Origin: Halobacteriovoraceae bacterium
Lineage (GTDB): Bacteria; Bdellovibrionota; Bacteriovoracia; Bacteriovoracales; Bacteriovoracaceae
Length of the DNA: 64,000 nt
Reading direction: 5' to 3'
Assembly: GCA_963719505.1 (NCBI GenBank)
Contig: CAVRCF010000005.1
Coordinates: 1,152,001 to 1,216,000 of the forward strand
The notes under the pieces are model-generated. The model did not search any database. It was not told the origin of the DNA and saw only the letters and a list, made by a program, of their open reading frames with translations. A program made the position numbers and the translations under genes. Shown one piece after another: positions 20,134 to 29,734 of this stretch. How positions within the stretch are numbered: the first letter of the stretch is position 1; the number at the start of each line of letters is the position of its first letter.

Positions 20134-20931
20134 CTATACCAACTTTCTAAATTCATTTCTCTTAGAAAAAACAACTAAAGATAAACAAAAAGCGACAATA
20201 AGGTAAAGAGTTTCGGCCATAGAGACCTTGGGAATAAAATACATATTCAAACCAAAACCGACAGCAAACAAGAAGCTTATGCCAAAAGCAAATATCTTCA
20301 TATCAACTTTCTTTTTCCTTTGAAATTTTTCGATAAGAAATGAGTAATTCTTTAAATAGGTTCCAAAACTCAAACAACTAGCAAGCCATAAAATACTCAA
20401 GACTCCAATGATGTAGAAGTCTCCCCACTTATGCATAAGGACTCCAGGTGAGTTTTTAGAGAGTTCGACCCTTTTTGGATTTTTAATATTAGATATTGTT
20501 ATTGATTTATCTCCCACTAAACGAGTGAGATACTCCTTAATGAGACTCTGACTTCTATTTTGAATAGAATTTGAAAGTTCAATCGTCACGCTTGAGTAGT
20601 TAATATTCGAAAGACTTTTTAAAACATCACTATTGAGGTCAACCTGAAGAGAACCTAATTCTTTACTCACTTCCAAGGCTCTTTTGACTCTTACATTTTT
20701 AACACCCGGTAACTTTCTCATCTTCCTTTCAATTGCAGATAGATTTGAATCATCAGAAATAAGAGCATTAAAGTAGGGCCTAGATGTCGACTTTGTGCTT
20801 AAAGAGAAAAACTTTTTTATTGAAGATCTATTGTGTGTGGCCGTTATCAAAGTGAAAGAAAAAACCACAAAAAGCAAACCACTAATTCTGAAGTTCATAA
20901 GTGCTTTGAAAAAATGATTTAAATAAAACAT
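20134..20931 (-). CDS. ftsX: FtsX-like cell-division permease (divergent)
   Basis: TM, periplasmic loop (RKLPGVKNVR), then TM helices; between ftsE and envC. Confidence 0.65.
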   Translation of the reverse strand: MFYLNHFFKALMNFRISGLLFVVFSFTLITATHNRSSIKKFFSLSTKSTSRPYFNALISDDSNLSAIERKMRKLPGVKNVRVKRALEVSKELGSLQVDLNSDVLKSLSNINYSSVTIELSNSIQNRSQSLIKEYLTRLVGDKSITISNIKNPKRVELSKNSPGVLMHKWGDFYIIGVLSILWLASCLSFGTYLKNYSFLIEKFQRKKKVDMKIFAFGISFLFAVGFGLNMYFIPKVSMAETLYLIVAFCLSLVVFSKRNEFRKLV

Positions 20932-21617
20932 GCATGCCCCGAATAGACTAAGTTTCCAGCATCTAAATGGACAATTTTTCCAGGAAACTGCTTAACAAGA
21001 TCCCGATTGTGTGATGCCCAGATGACGGTTAAATTTTTTCTTACGTTATAGAAGTTTAAAATTTCAAAAAGCTTCATTGCGCTTTCTTTATCTAAAGCGG
21101 CCGTCGGCTCATCTGCCAACAAGACTTCTGGCTTACTGAGCAGAGCTCTCACCATCGCTACTTTTTGCTTCAAGCCCCCATTGGCCTTTTTAACCTTTAG
21201 AGACAGCTTATCTTCGAAGCCAAGCACTCGACACAGTTCAGTCATATCGTGATGGAATTCATTTTTATTTTTGTAAATCTTAGGATCGTAGCTTACCCAC
21301 AAATTCTCCTCACACGACTTGTTTTCCATTAGTTTGAGATCTTGGAAAACCTGTGCAACGAAAATATTCTTTTTTGTGGTTTTGTGAAATTGGCCATGAT
21401 TGGGAGTGATGTCTTCAGCTAAAAGATTCAATAAAGTTGATTTACCGGCACCAGACTTTCCAGTAATAAATAAAACTTCACCCGCATTTACGGTCAAGTT
21501 TACATTTCTCAAGGCTTTAACTTTGCCAAAGTGAACAGAGGTACCATCCAAATTGAATAAGAATGGTGCACCTAAACTATTTGAATTATTACGATTAAGT
21601 AAGCTGTTGTCTATCAT
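20919..21617 (-). CDS. ftsE: FtsE-like ABC ATPase
   Basis: GKSGAGKST, VFQDLKL, LLADEPT, ASH; gene context. Confidence 0.85.
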   Translation of the reverse strand: MIDNSLLNRNNSNSLGAPFLFNLDGTSVHFGKVKALRNVNLTVNAGEVLFITGKSGAGKSTLLNLLAEDITPNHGQFHKTTKKNIFVAQVFQDLKLMENKSCEENLWVSYDPKIYKNKNEFHHDMTELCRVLGFEDKLSLKVKKANGGLKQKVAMVRALLSKPEVLLADEPTAALDKESAMKLFEILNFYNVRKNLTVIWASHNRDLVKQFPGKIVHLDAGNLVYSGHACFI

Positions 21618-21775
21618 CTGACCTTCCGAAGTCTAATTCAGCACTAGAGTGCTGGCAGATCCATCTGCCTCTTTATTTTAACGCTTTTTGGCGTATAAAG
21701 TAAAGAGGATAGAAAATGGTAAAAAAATTAACCGTTGAAAATGATCGGGAAATATGTTTATGAATAAATCATACC

Positions 21776-21810
21776 AAGAAAGTAGCTGAGCTTTCGGCTC
21801 AAGTTACTCT
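21776..21810 (-). terminator. Hairpin terminator after nuclease operon
   Basis: Minus strand AGTAACTTGAGCC-GAAA-GCTCAGCTACT then TTCTT. Confidence 0.55.
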
Positions 21811-21832
21811 CCTCCCAGACAAAAATTTGGTT

Positions 21833-24331
21833 TTAGAAGTCAAAAACTGAAATCACAGGGTCGTGATCAGATAATCGTCCCATAAAGTCAGAATTTAGCT
21901 GAGGAATTTGAAATGATCTCAATTTCGATCTTAGGTTTTTATTTACAAAGATATAATCCAGAGACTGAGAATTTCCATTATGGTTTGTTGTATACCAATC
22001 ATCTCTGGGAAGTTCCCTTATGAGATTATAAAGACGATCAGACTCTAGGACCTTCATAGGCATCTCGTTAACATAAGCGTTGAAGTCACCGATCACAGCA
22101 ATATTGGCCATCGAACTTTTTCTCTCAATCATACCGACAAAGTTACTGATAACACCGGCCAGCTTAGCCCTTTTTACTTCAGTATTTCTCACCACAGGTT
22201 GAATTGCACTAAAGTGAGATGTGTCACTTATCTTTGAGTTAAAATGATTCACAATGACAAAAACAGGTTTTCCCTTAAATAAAAATTCAGCCACGATACT
22301 TTTTCTTGTATTCATGAACTCCTCAGAGTTGGGAGCAATTCTTCCAGGATTGTAATTCAAGTGTCCATCCGGCATCACCACCGTCTCGGTACTTGGACCG
22401 GGAGCTGGGTTGCTTTCAAAGGAGACTCTATTTTTATTATAAATCATTGCCACTCTAATATTGGCTCCTGGAACACCACCTTCTCTATGCGACAGTGGAT
22501 TGAGGTTAATAGATTTATAGTCGATATTCTCGCAAGCTCCAACTTTTGGAATATAGTTGATCAAATTTTTAATTGTTTTATTCGCCTGAGAGCTTCCACT
22601 AAAGTCCTCTCCATTATTGTCTTGAATCTCAACAAGTCCAAGGATGTCAGGACAAGATAAGTTTTCTTGAATCATCTCTGCCGTTTTCTTGAGTCTCGGT
22701 TTGTCATCGCTTATCGAAGATAGGTTTTTAATATTGTAGCTTGCAATAACAAGTGAATCTTCATCAAGATGGGCATCCAACTTGGGTCTATTAGACAGAG
22801 AGACAATCTCGACATCTCTTTTACTTTCATTAAAGTTTTCCAAGACATCAGATTTCTGTGGTATCTGAAAAAGGTATTCTCCTTCTCCGAATATATTTTT
22901 AGTGAAGGTTATAATCCCCTCTAGTTCTCCCTCCATAATATCACCGACATTATAAATGGTATTTGTATTTAAGTCATTTGTAAGAGGCCCTGAGGCTATT
23001 GTTAAAATATCAGGGTTTAAAATATCTTCATCAGGTTTGGTATAGACCCCACCAACTTCTGTGGTGAGCCTCACCGATGGTGTCTCAGGAACGACATATA
23101 AAGTTAGATTTCTTTTTGAATCGGAGAAAGTTTCATTCCCTCCTCTAAAACCCACAACTTTAGGATTAACAATACTTACTCTCATCCCTTCAAGGCTTTC
23201 CCAAAAATCTATTGCATCTGTAAGATTTAAAAACGGTTTAAAATTGAGATCTCCAACATAAGTTGAAAAGTGATTATTGGGTATATTTGTTATTTTTATT
23301 AAAGTGGGAAGTTTATTATTTGATGATATCACTTTAACAGCAGTAATGTTTCTTAAAGATGTTGTTGTTAAAGAGTCAAGAGCATTATTAGACTCTTCGA
23401 AAACCACTCCGCTTACTTCAACCGAGTCACCTATTTTAATTTTTGGATCTTCTTCAAAATGCAATTTAATAGCTTCACTGGTAAGAGAACTTTGATCAGG
23501 GGTATTCGACTGAATGTAGGCCACAAAGCCGCCTGGAGCATCATCTATCTGTGCACTAGCAGTAACAATACCAAAGGTTGTGACAAAGTTCCCCATAAAA
23601 GGAGATAAGAAACTAACTCCTTGAATTTCATTTATTTGTTTTTGTCCAAGATTCTTCGCAACTGTGTGCCTCACAGAAGCCCTAACAGTATTAAGTAGTG
23701 GTATTGTTTTAGACTTACTTAGAAATTTTTTTAAAGACTCTTTTGCGGAAATAATGACATTTGTTTGATCATAAATTCTATCAATCCCATTTCTGTAAAG
23801 ATATGGAGGGAACACTTTCCCTGGTCTAATCATATGATCACTAATGGCCACAAGATAAGACCTCGAATCAACCAAATGAGAATTATCAAATCCGTACTGC
23901 TCAGACAGTAGCCTTCCGCCTTTAAAGAGTAAGTCATACCTCACGCCAGCAACTTCAAGATCGACGTTAAATCTCTCCAAGCTTCTTTGTCTAATAAAGG
24001 TTTTTAAACCCTCACCAGTCATATATCCAAGTCTAAAGTCGTCTCGAGTATCATCTGGGTACAAATCGAGAAGGTTTTCGAGGTCTTGAACACTGGAATT
24101 TTCAGATAAAATCCCTGCGACATTTTTGTTAATATATTCAGATGGATAAAGAACAACATCAAGTTTATGAATCTCTCTCATCGCACTTGTCACAAGGTTA
24201 CCAGCAACAGTTGACTGCTGCCCACTGGCCTTAGCACTTACAACCATATTTTCTTGCACACTCATGTACTCTTTTTTAGAGCAGGAGACAAAAGAGAGAA
24301 GTAAAATTAATGTGATTGCTGGACTCATCAT
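21833..24331 (-). CDS. Lipoprotein nuclease: 5'-nucleotidase C-terminal-like domain, OB fold, EEP (endonuclease/exonuclease/phosphatase) domain
   Basis: Lipobox FVSC; WESLEGMRV; SYNIKNL, LVEIQD, NHFNSK, IGDFN, LDYIFV, SDHDP (ExeM/NucH-like). Confidence 0.88.
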   Translation of the reverse strand: MMSPAITLILLLSFVSCSKKEYMSVQENMVVSAKASGQQSTVAGNLVTSAMREIHKLDVVLYPSEYINKNVAGILSENSSVQDLENLLDLYPDDTRDDFRLGYMTGEGLKTFIRQRSLERFNVDLEVAGVRYDLLFKGGRLLSEQYGFDNSHLVDSRSYLVAISDHMIRPGKVFPPYLYRNGIDRIYDQTNVIISAKESLKKFLSKSKTIPLLNTVRASVRHTVAKNLGQKQINEIQGVSFLSPFMGNFVTTFGIVTASAQIDDAPGGFVAYIQSNTPDQSSLTSEAIKLHFEEDPKIKIGDSVEVSGVVFEESNNALDSLTTTSLRNITAVKVISSNNKLPTLIKITNIPNNHFSTYVGDLNFKPFLNLTDAIDFWESLEGMRVSIVNPKVVGFRGGNETFSDSKRNLTLYVVPETPSVRLTTEVGGVYTKPDEDILNPDILTIASGPLTNDLNTNTIYNVGDIMEGELEGIITFTKNIFGEGEYLFQIPQKSDVLENFNESKRDVEIVSLSNRPKLDAHLDEDSLVIASYNIKNLSSISDDKPRLKKTAEMIQENLSCPDILGLVEIQDNNGEDFSGSSQANKTIKNLINYIPKVGACENIDYKSINLNPLSHREGGVPGANIRVAMIYNKNRVSFESNPAPGPSTETVVMPDGHLNYNPGRIAPNSEEFMNTRKSIVAEFLFKGKPVFVIVNHFNSKISDTSHFSAIQPVVRNTEVKRAKLAGVISNFVGMIERKSSMANIAVIGDFNAYVNEMPMKVLESDRLYNLIRELPRDDWYTTNHNGNSQSLDYIFVNKNLRSKLRSFQIPQLNSDFMGRLSDHDPVISVFDF

Positions 24332-25239
24332 TATTTCTCCAAGACCTCTAGTTTAAAAAGGTTAAAGGCAGGGAAGAATTTATCCGCAGCTTTTGACGTG
24401 TATTCAATTTTAAATCTTATATCTGTGTCAACAAAATCGAGATTAATATCATTCGTAACTGAAGGTGGATCACTAAAACTGCTCGCATCAGGACCAATTT
24501 CAACATCTAAGTCAATCCATTCGATGGTAGAAACATCTTCTCGATCTTCTCCAACGAAGAACTTTATAAGCTTCTGATCTCTTGCGTCTCGAGCATAGAA
24601 TCTCACCAGGTATTCAAACCGCACAGAGTAGAGCATAGACTCCAACGCAATGGTTGGTGTTATCGCAATTGTTGTTCCATCATTTTTCTGCCCAAAACTA
24701 TCAACACCGACATATGGACCGTGTTCATTTTCTCTATTTGTAAAGTCCGCTGCATTTTCTTCTTTTTCCATTAAAAGTTTTTGGGCATTCTCTTCATCAA
24801 ACTGGAATTTTATAAGATAATTTTCAGCAACTCCCCCCTGGTTAAGATAGAGCGACTCAATAAGATCTTCTAACTTCGAAATGTATGGAGCGATATATGA
24901 TTGATCCGTAACAGTTATGATTAGGTTTCCAGCTTCAAAAACGATGTCTTCTAACTCCTTTAAAACTGTTTCATTTTTGGGGTTATCGAGAAGAACAATA
25001 AGTGCTCTTCTTGAGCGGACAAGAAACTCTCTAAAGAGATTTCGCTGATCGTTAGTTGAGCTTCTCATGATCGTATCTTCCGCCAAATCCAACTGCAGTC
25101 TATTATTATCTTGGATCAACGTAGATATCTCAGTGGAATAGATTCCAGACTGTATCATGACAGGAGATTCAACAACTTCGTTCTTTTTTTGACAGGCTAA
25201 AAAAGAGAGTAAAATAAAAAGAGATAATAATACTTTCAT
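24331..25239 (-). CDS. Lipoprotein with C-terminal beta-sandwich (DUF5017/cleaved-adhesin-like)
   Basis: ATG 25239 overlaps upstream stop; lipobox FLAC; ITPTIAL...W.DL...DINL...FKIEYTS pattern. Confidence 0.7.
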   Translation of the reverse strand: MKVLLSLFILLSFLACQKKNEVVESPVMIQSGIYSTEISTLIQDNNRLQLDLAEDTIMRSSTNDQRNLFREFLVRSRRALIVLLDNPKNETVLKELEDIVFEAGNLIITVTDQSYIAPYISKLEDLIESLYLNQGGVAENYLIKFQFDEENAQKLLMEKEENAADFTNRENEHGPYVGVDSFGQKNDGTTIAITPTIALESMLYSVRFEYLVRFYARDARDQKLIKFFVGEDREDVSTIEWIDLDVEIGPDASSFSDPPSVTNDINLDFVDTDIRFKIEYTSKAADKFFPAFNLFKLEVLEK

Positions 25240-26660
25240 TAAAACCACCATAGTTGATTTGAGCTAAAGTCATCGAATGTGTATATAAGATCAAAGCTTA
25301 GGATATAGTTTTCCTTAGTGAAGCTAGATAAAGCCCTATCACTTCGTTGACCGGTCGAGTTTGTGAAAACTGGATTTTCAGATTTTTGATACTCAAGATA
25401 AGGTTTAAAATACATATTTTTTTTGTAGAAGTAAGTTCCAACGCCCACCTTGGTTAGGCCACCATGAGAAGCAGTCTCATCACTATTTCTCAATAAGTGA
25501 GCTGACTCATCGCCATCATAGATGAAGTATTCATCTTGCACCTTTAATGACAAATAAGGAGTTATATCTTCGAAATTATACCCAATCTTTAATGAGTGAC
25601 CAAAACCAACCTCTCCAAGCCAGTCTTGACGAACACCATTTATGTCAGCATAGGTCGGTGAAAAAGGAGCTGGCGTCTGGTTTCGAAACCAATTTGTTTG
25701 ACGATCAATATTAAAAGGATTTTTTCCAGCTTTAGACATTGTTGTTTCAAACTCAACAATAAAACGTCCCAATCTTCTAAATACATTTAAGGATGAAGCC
25801 GACTCAAGAAGAGATCCAGTCTCATCGGTATTATCGTGGGCCAAATGTTGAAGACTTACTTTTGTTTTGTCCGAATCTATCATGAGGTAACCCATTTTAT
25901 AGGCATTTGTCTCTTTTCGTTTCCATCCTGTTGCGGTTGGGTTCGTTTCAATATCAAAGTCACTATTTATTGGATAAAAATAAGAAGCGACACCAAAGCC
26001 CAAATAGAAGTTATGTGCACCGACTGTATAATTGTACTCAAGACCTGGAATGGTTTTACTGACTACATTTTCACTTCCGATGGGTGTTGCACCTATGGAG
26101 TTGGGAGACCCAGTAACTGTTTCTAGTCTTGAGACATCTAAAGTATTAAATTCATCACCGACATCACTTCTGAAGTTAAACGGGTAAAATATAAAACTAT
26201 GTCTTTGATTAATCTGGTAGGAAATCAAGGTGTCATCACTATCAAGATCAGGACCAATAGAGATTCCACCTGCACTTTCTTCATCCTCGGTATCGTTGGT
26301 AAGCATCTCTAAATCTATCTGAATATTAAATTTTTCAAATGACTTTGCTAAAATAAATTCAAAGCGAGACGTTTTATTATTGTATCTGTTCTCCCTTGGG
26401 TCTGTAACAAACCTAAGTCTTGCGAATGTTCTTGGAGCAACATGGTATCTTGCTGACATCGATAAAACTGATTCGTCACCAAGTTTCGTTTTCTGTGAAT
26501 CACTGTAAATATCATCCTCATACCTAATTCGATCAAGAATGAATTCATTTAACGGCACGGCTTCAAGGTCTCTTGGAATAATACCTTGAAGGATATTTTG
26601 TTGTGTTGGAACCTGAGCAAAAGTCCAACTACTAAGGAGCAGGAAGAAAATTATTTTCAT
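25239..26660 (-). CDS. Putative outer-membrane beta-barrel protein
   Basis: Signal peptide (TFA/Q), amphipathic aromatic-rich strands (PGLEYNY, SLKIGYNF, FKPYLEYQ, LSFDLIYTF), C-terminal Phe. Confidence 0.7.
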   Translation of the reverse strand: MKIIFFLLLSSWTFAQVPTQQNILQGIIPRDLEAVPLNEFILDRIRYEDDIYSDSQKTKLGDESVLSMSARYHVAPRTFARLRFVTDPRENRYNNKTSRFEFILAKSFEKFNIQIDLEMLTNDTEDEESAGGISIGPDLDSDDTLISYQINQRHSFIFYPFNFRSDVGDEFNTLDVSRLETVTGSPNSIGATPIGSENVVSKTIPGLEYNYTVGAHNFYLGFGVASYFYPINSDFDIETNPTATGWKRKETNAYKMGYLMIDSDKTKVSLQHLAHDNTDETGSLLESASSLNVFRRLGRFIVEFETTMSKAGKNPFNIDRQTNWFRNQTPAPFSPTYADINGVRQDWLGEVGFGHSLKIGYNFEDITPYLSLKVQDEYFIYDGDESAHLLRNSDETASHGGLTKVGVGTYFYKKNMYFKPYLEYQKSENPVFTNSTGQRSDRALSSFTKENYILSFDLIYTFDDFSSNQLWWF

Positions 26661-26886
26661 TAAAAGAGCCTATTTTAAAGTTTCAAGACTCTTCTAACTC
26701 ATTTCTAAAATAATTAAAATCAGAGACTTAGGATGATGAAAAAATGCTATGATTGGAGCCAACTTGAGACTGAAATTTTGGCTAAAATGTAAGATTACAA
26801 AAAAGTGCTTTCGTGCTTTCAATTACTTACAATTCCACCTTTATTTGTTTAGTGGAGTCACATTGTCCAAAGTGATTTTAGAGGTC

Positions 26887-28209
26887 TTATTTGTTAGAAG
26901 CCAAACTTTTGATAAGGCTTTTTAGCCCGAGTTTTTGAATGAATCCATCGAGGTTTTTCATATGATATATCTCTTTCATATAGATTTTACCTTCAACGTC
27001 TTTAGCATCTGACCTCATTTTTTGGTAGAGCTTATTCGCATCAGTCTGAGACACCTTTTGGGGGTCTACACCATAAAGTGCTCCTAGAGATTTAAAGAGC
27101 ACTGATTGAAAAATAGACTTTACATAAATTGAGTCCATTCCCTCTTGAAGAACTTTAACTCTTTCGCGCTGAGGAGCTCCACTGCCCATAAAGTCGTAAA
27201 GTACACCCATTGCAAAACTCGCTTGAAAGGCTTCCTCTTTAGAGAATCCATTTTTTAATAGATAACGGCTTAGGTAAGCTGACATCCAGAAGTGATAGGA
27301 CTTACCAAACTGACAGGTATTTCTCCCCATTTTTGGAAGACTAAACTGACCATCACTTGCTTTCCTATTCGCATCATAGACATGGACCAGGTTAAAGAGC
27401 TCATACATTAATGAGAAGTGATACTTATTCTGAGGGCTGAAAAGATGATCTCCATAACCTTCAAAAGAAGCACCTCGAGTAGCATAGGCACCGATAGTGT
27501 CCCACACCAAATCATCCTTTTGCTTTTTTGATAAATTGAGCTCTTCTGCTTTGTCAGACAAAAGGTCAAAGAAATTCGTTGTCGATTGGTATTCCTGTGA
27601 AACAGCGCCAGGAAGAAGAGAGGAGACAGCTTTATGGGTCACCTTTAAGTGGCTACTTGAAACGATTACCTTTTGTAGAGTTTGTGGAAGAGTTAGACTT
27701 GTAACACTTCCTTTTTCCCCTTTTCTTAGTCTTTGAACCTGAGCAAATCGAAAAAGTTTTCTCATTCCTTTTCGACAGGAGCGAATGTTTTGCCCAATCA
27801 CTCTCTTACAATAATACCGTGAAAAAAAGAGATTAAATGCTCTTTCCTCTTTTTGAAATTTTTTAAAAGAACGCTCTTTTAGATTCGTTTTAACAAACTT
27901 TAGTTCTTTATCAGAATTTTCTTTTAGGTATTTAAATGAATCTTTAAAGTTGGTATCGAAATATTTAGCACGAGCTTTAACTCCCCAACCTACTGGGAAG
28001 TGGCTATTGTAGGCTTTGGCCCTATAGAATTTTTCAAATGTTGAAATTTTCTTCTCGTTTGTTCCATTGTATAAAACATAAAGAGAATGATGGACTCTGT
28101 GAGCATTTTTATGAATATAGTCACCAACTTCTTTACAGTCCTGCTCAAAAAGATCAGCACAGTACCCAAAGCTCATAAGAAATATCCATATCAAACAAAA
28201 TTTACCCAT
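26887..28209 (-). CDS. Secreted basic hypothetical protein
   Basis: 440-aa ORF, N-terminal hydrophobic signal, no family recognised. Confidence 0.75.
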   Translation of the reverse strand: MGKFCLIWIFLMSFGYCADLFEQDCKEVGDYIHKNAHRVHHSLYVLYNGTNEKKISTFEKFYRAKAYNSHFPVGWGVKARAKYFDTNFKDSFKYLKENSDKELKFVKTNLKERSFKKFQKEERAFNLFFSRYYCKRVIGQNIRSCRKGMRKLFRFAQVQRLRKGEKGSVTSLTLPQTLQKVIVSSSHLKVTHKAVSSLLPGAVSQEYQSTTNFFDLLSDKAEELNLSKKQKDDLVWDTIGAYATRGASFEGYGDHLFSPQNKYHFSLMYELFNLVHVYDANRKASDGQFSLPKMGRNTCQFGKSYHFWMSAYLSRYLLKNGFSKEEAFQASFAMGVLYDFMGSGAPQRERVKVLQEGMDSIYVKSIFQSVLFKSLGALYGVDPQKVSQTDANKLYQKMRSDAKDVEGKIYMKEIYHMKNLDGFIQKLGLKSLIKSLASNK

Positions 28210-28260
28210 AACCTATCATAAACTTTTAAATTAAAATGATCTTTACGGGAAAAATATTCG

Positions 28261-29691
28261 CTATGAAATAACACCTTCTTTAACGAGAAGGTCATAAGCT
28301 GACTGAGAGCAATATACATTGGGAACAAAGTTATACACACTTTGAAGATTCGCAATAATAGAGTTTGGAACGTCGACCAAAAGGCTCACATCGCCACTAT
28401 CCATCAGAATCTTTGCCGGATCGCGTTCTAGCATAACATTGGGAAATTCTTGTTTTTTAATAATTTGTTTCTTAGATCTTACAAAGATAATATTCTTTTT
28501 AGGTATATCTTCAACAATCCAGTCCTTCTCACTTCCTTTTGCTTTTAAAATAGATCTGATCTGTGCAACTTTATCGTGGGCTTTTTTGCGAACCTTCGCG
28601 TCAGTTTGCTCATCATCTTGAGAGAGGATGCGCTGATCAAATTCTGGAAGTTTAATCGTCTTCGGAGACTTTTCAAAAAGAAGAGATTCAGTGATCTCTT
28701 TCATTCGAATTTCTTTATCGAAGTATCCTTCTGTGTAAAGTCTGTGAATAAGTGTCATAAAATACTGGTCATTGAAATGATAAAAAGCATTTGGATCGTT
28801 CTTCACCATATCGAGTAGTTTGGAATAAGAGTGGATCTGACCTCTTTCTAAGAGAAAAAATGTTAACTCTTCAGCAAGAGCATCATACTTAGCCCCTCTA
28901 GCAGATCTAACAACTTGCGAGTACCAGGCGAAACGTGCGTTGAGAAAGTCCTCTGCACAGTGAAGAGCATTATGCTTTAAAGCGAGAACTCTCTTTCCTG
29001 CGACTTCAACTTTCGTGAAGTGATGAAGGAGATAATCTCTGTCGTATGCTCCATATTTCAAACCGGTATAATGAGCATCTCTCAAGAGGTAGTCCATTCT
29101 ATCGCAATCAATCTCGGAGTGAAGAATTTGATTTGCTATTACACTTGGTGAGACCCCCTTAACGAGGTCTGAAATCATTTGAGGATCGAGATCATACTTT
29201 TTTAGAGTAAAAGTGATGCCTCTTTCATAATCAGTATTTTTTATAATAAAAGAACCCAAATGCTCGTGATCATCAGGATGACCTTTAGAATTTTTCGTAT
29301 TTGTTGTTTCTCCAAAGCGGATATAAGCCATCTCCGTTGTATGTGAGAACATAAAAGTTCCAAGATCGTGCAACAAAGCAGCGAGTCTTATACTTTGATG
29401 ATAAATTTTATCCTTGCTTCTACAATTGGAATCAAAGAGTTCTTGATCACTGACAGAAATACCAATTGATTCGAGGATTCGATGAGCGTTATTCATGACA
29501 CCTATAGAGTGTCCATAACGAGAGTGCTCAGCTCCAGGAAAAGTGTAGCATGAAAATCCCAATTGCTTAATCCAGCGTAGTCTCTGATAGAAAGGGGTAT
29601 GAATGATTTCCCACTCCAGTTCCGTTAAATGAATGAAACCGTAAAGGGCATCGAAAATAATTCGTTTGTTTTTTGTTGTTTTTGCTTCCAT
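28261..29691 (-). CDS. HD-domain phosphohydrolase, SAMHD1/dNTP triphosphohydrolase-like
   Basis: QRLRWIKQLG, FPGAEHSRYGHSIGV, AALLHDLG..FSH, DCDRMDYLLRD; ATG 29691. Confidence 0.9.
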   Translation of the reverse strand: MEAKTTKNKRIIFDALYGFIHLTELEWEIIHTPFYQRLRWIKQLGFSCYTFPGAEHSRYGHSIGVMNNAHRILESIGISVSDQELFDSNCRSKDKIYHQSIRLAALLHDLGTFMFSHTTEMAYIRFGETTNTKNSKGHPDDHEHLGSFIIKNTDYERGITFTLKKYDLDPQMISDLVKGVSPSVIANQILHSEIDCDRMDYLLRDAHYTGLKYGAYDRDYLLHHFTKVEVAGKRVLALKHNALHCAEDFLNARFAWYSQVVRSARGAKYDALAEELTFFLLERGQIHSYSKLLDMVKNDPNAFYHFNDQYFMTLIHRLYTEGYFDKEIRMKEITESLLFEKSPKTIKLPEFDQRILSQDDEQTDAKVRKKAHDKVAQIRSILKAKGSEKDWIVEDIPKKNIIFVRSKKQIIKKQEFPNVMLERDPAKILMDSGDVSLLVDVPNSIIANLQSVYNFVPNVYCSQSAYDLLVKEGVIS

Positions 29692-29700
29692 GCTATTTCC

Positions 29701-29734
29701 AAAAAAAAACACCGAAGATTAACCTTCGGTGTTT
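29701..29734 (-). terminator. Strong intrinsic terminator
   Basis: Minus strand AAACACCGAAG-GTTAAT-CTTCGGTG followed by T9. Confidence 0.85.

Noticed and set aside
21639-21654. CIRCE heat-shock operator (AGCACT...AGTGCT)
   Set aside because: Arms are separated by 2 nt; CIRCE needs TTAGCACTC-N9-GAGTGCTAA, and no chaperone gene follows.
28261-29691. Anti-phage defence island around the dNTPase
   Set aside because: No other defence, integrase or mobile genes nearby; SAMHD1-like HD proteins are often housekeeping.
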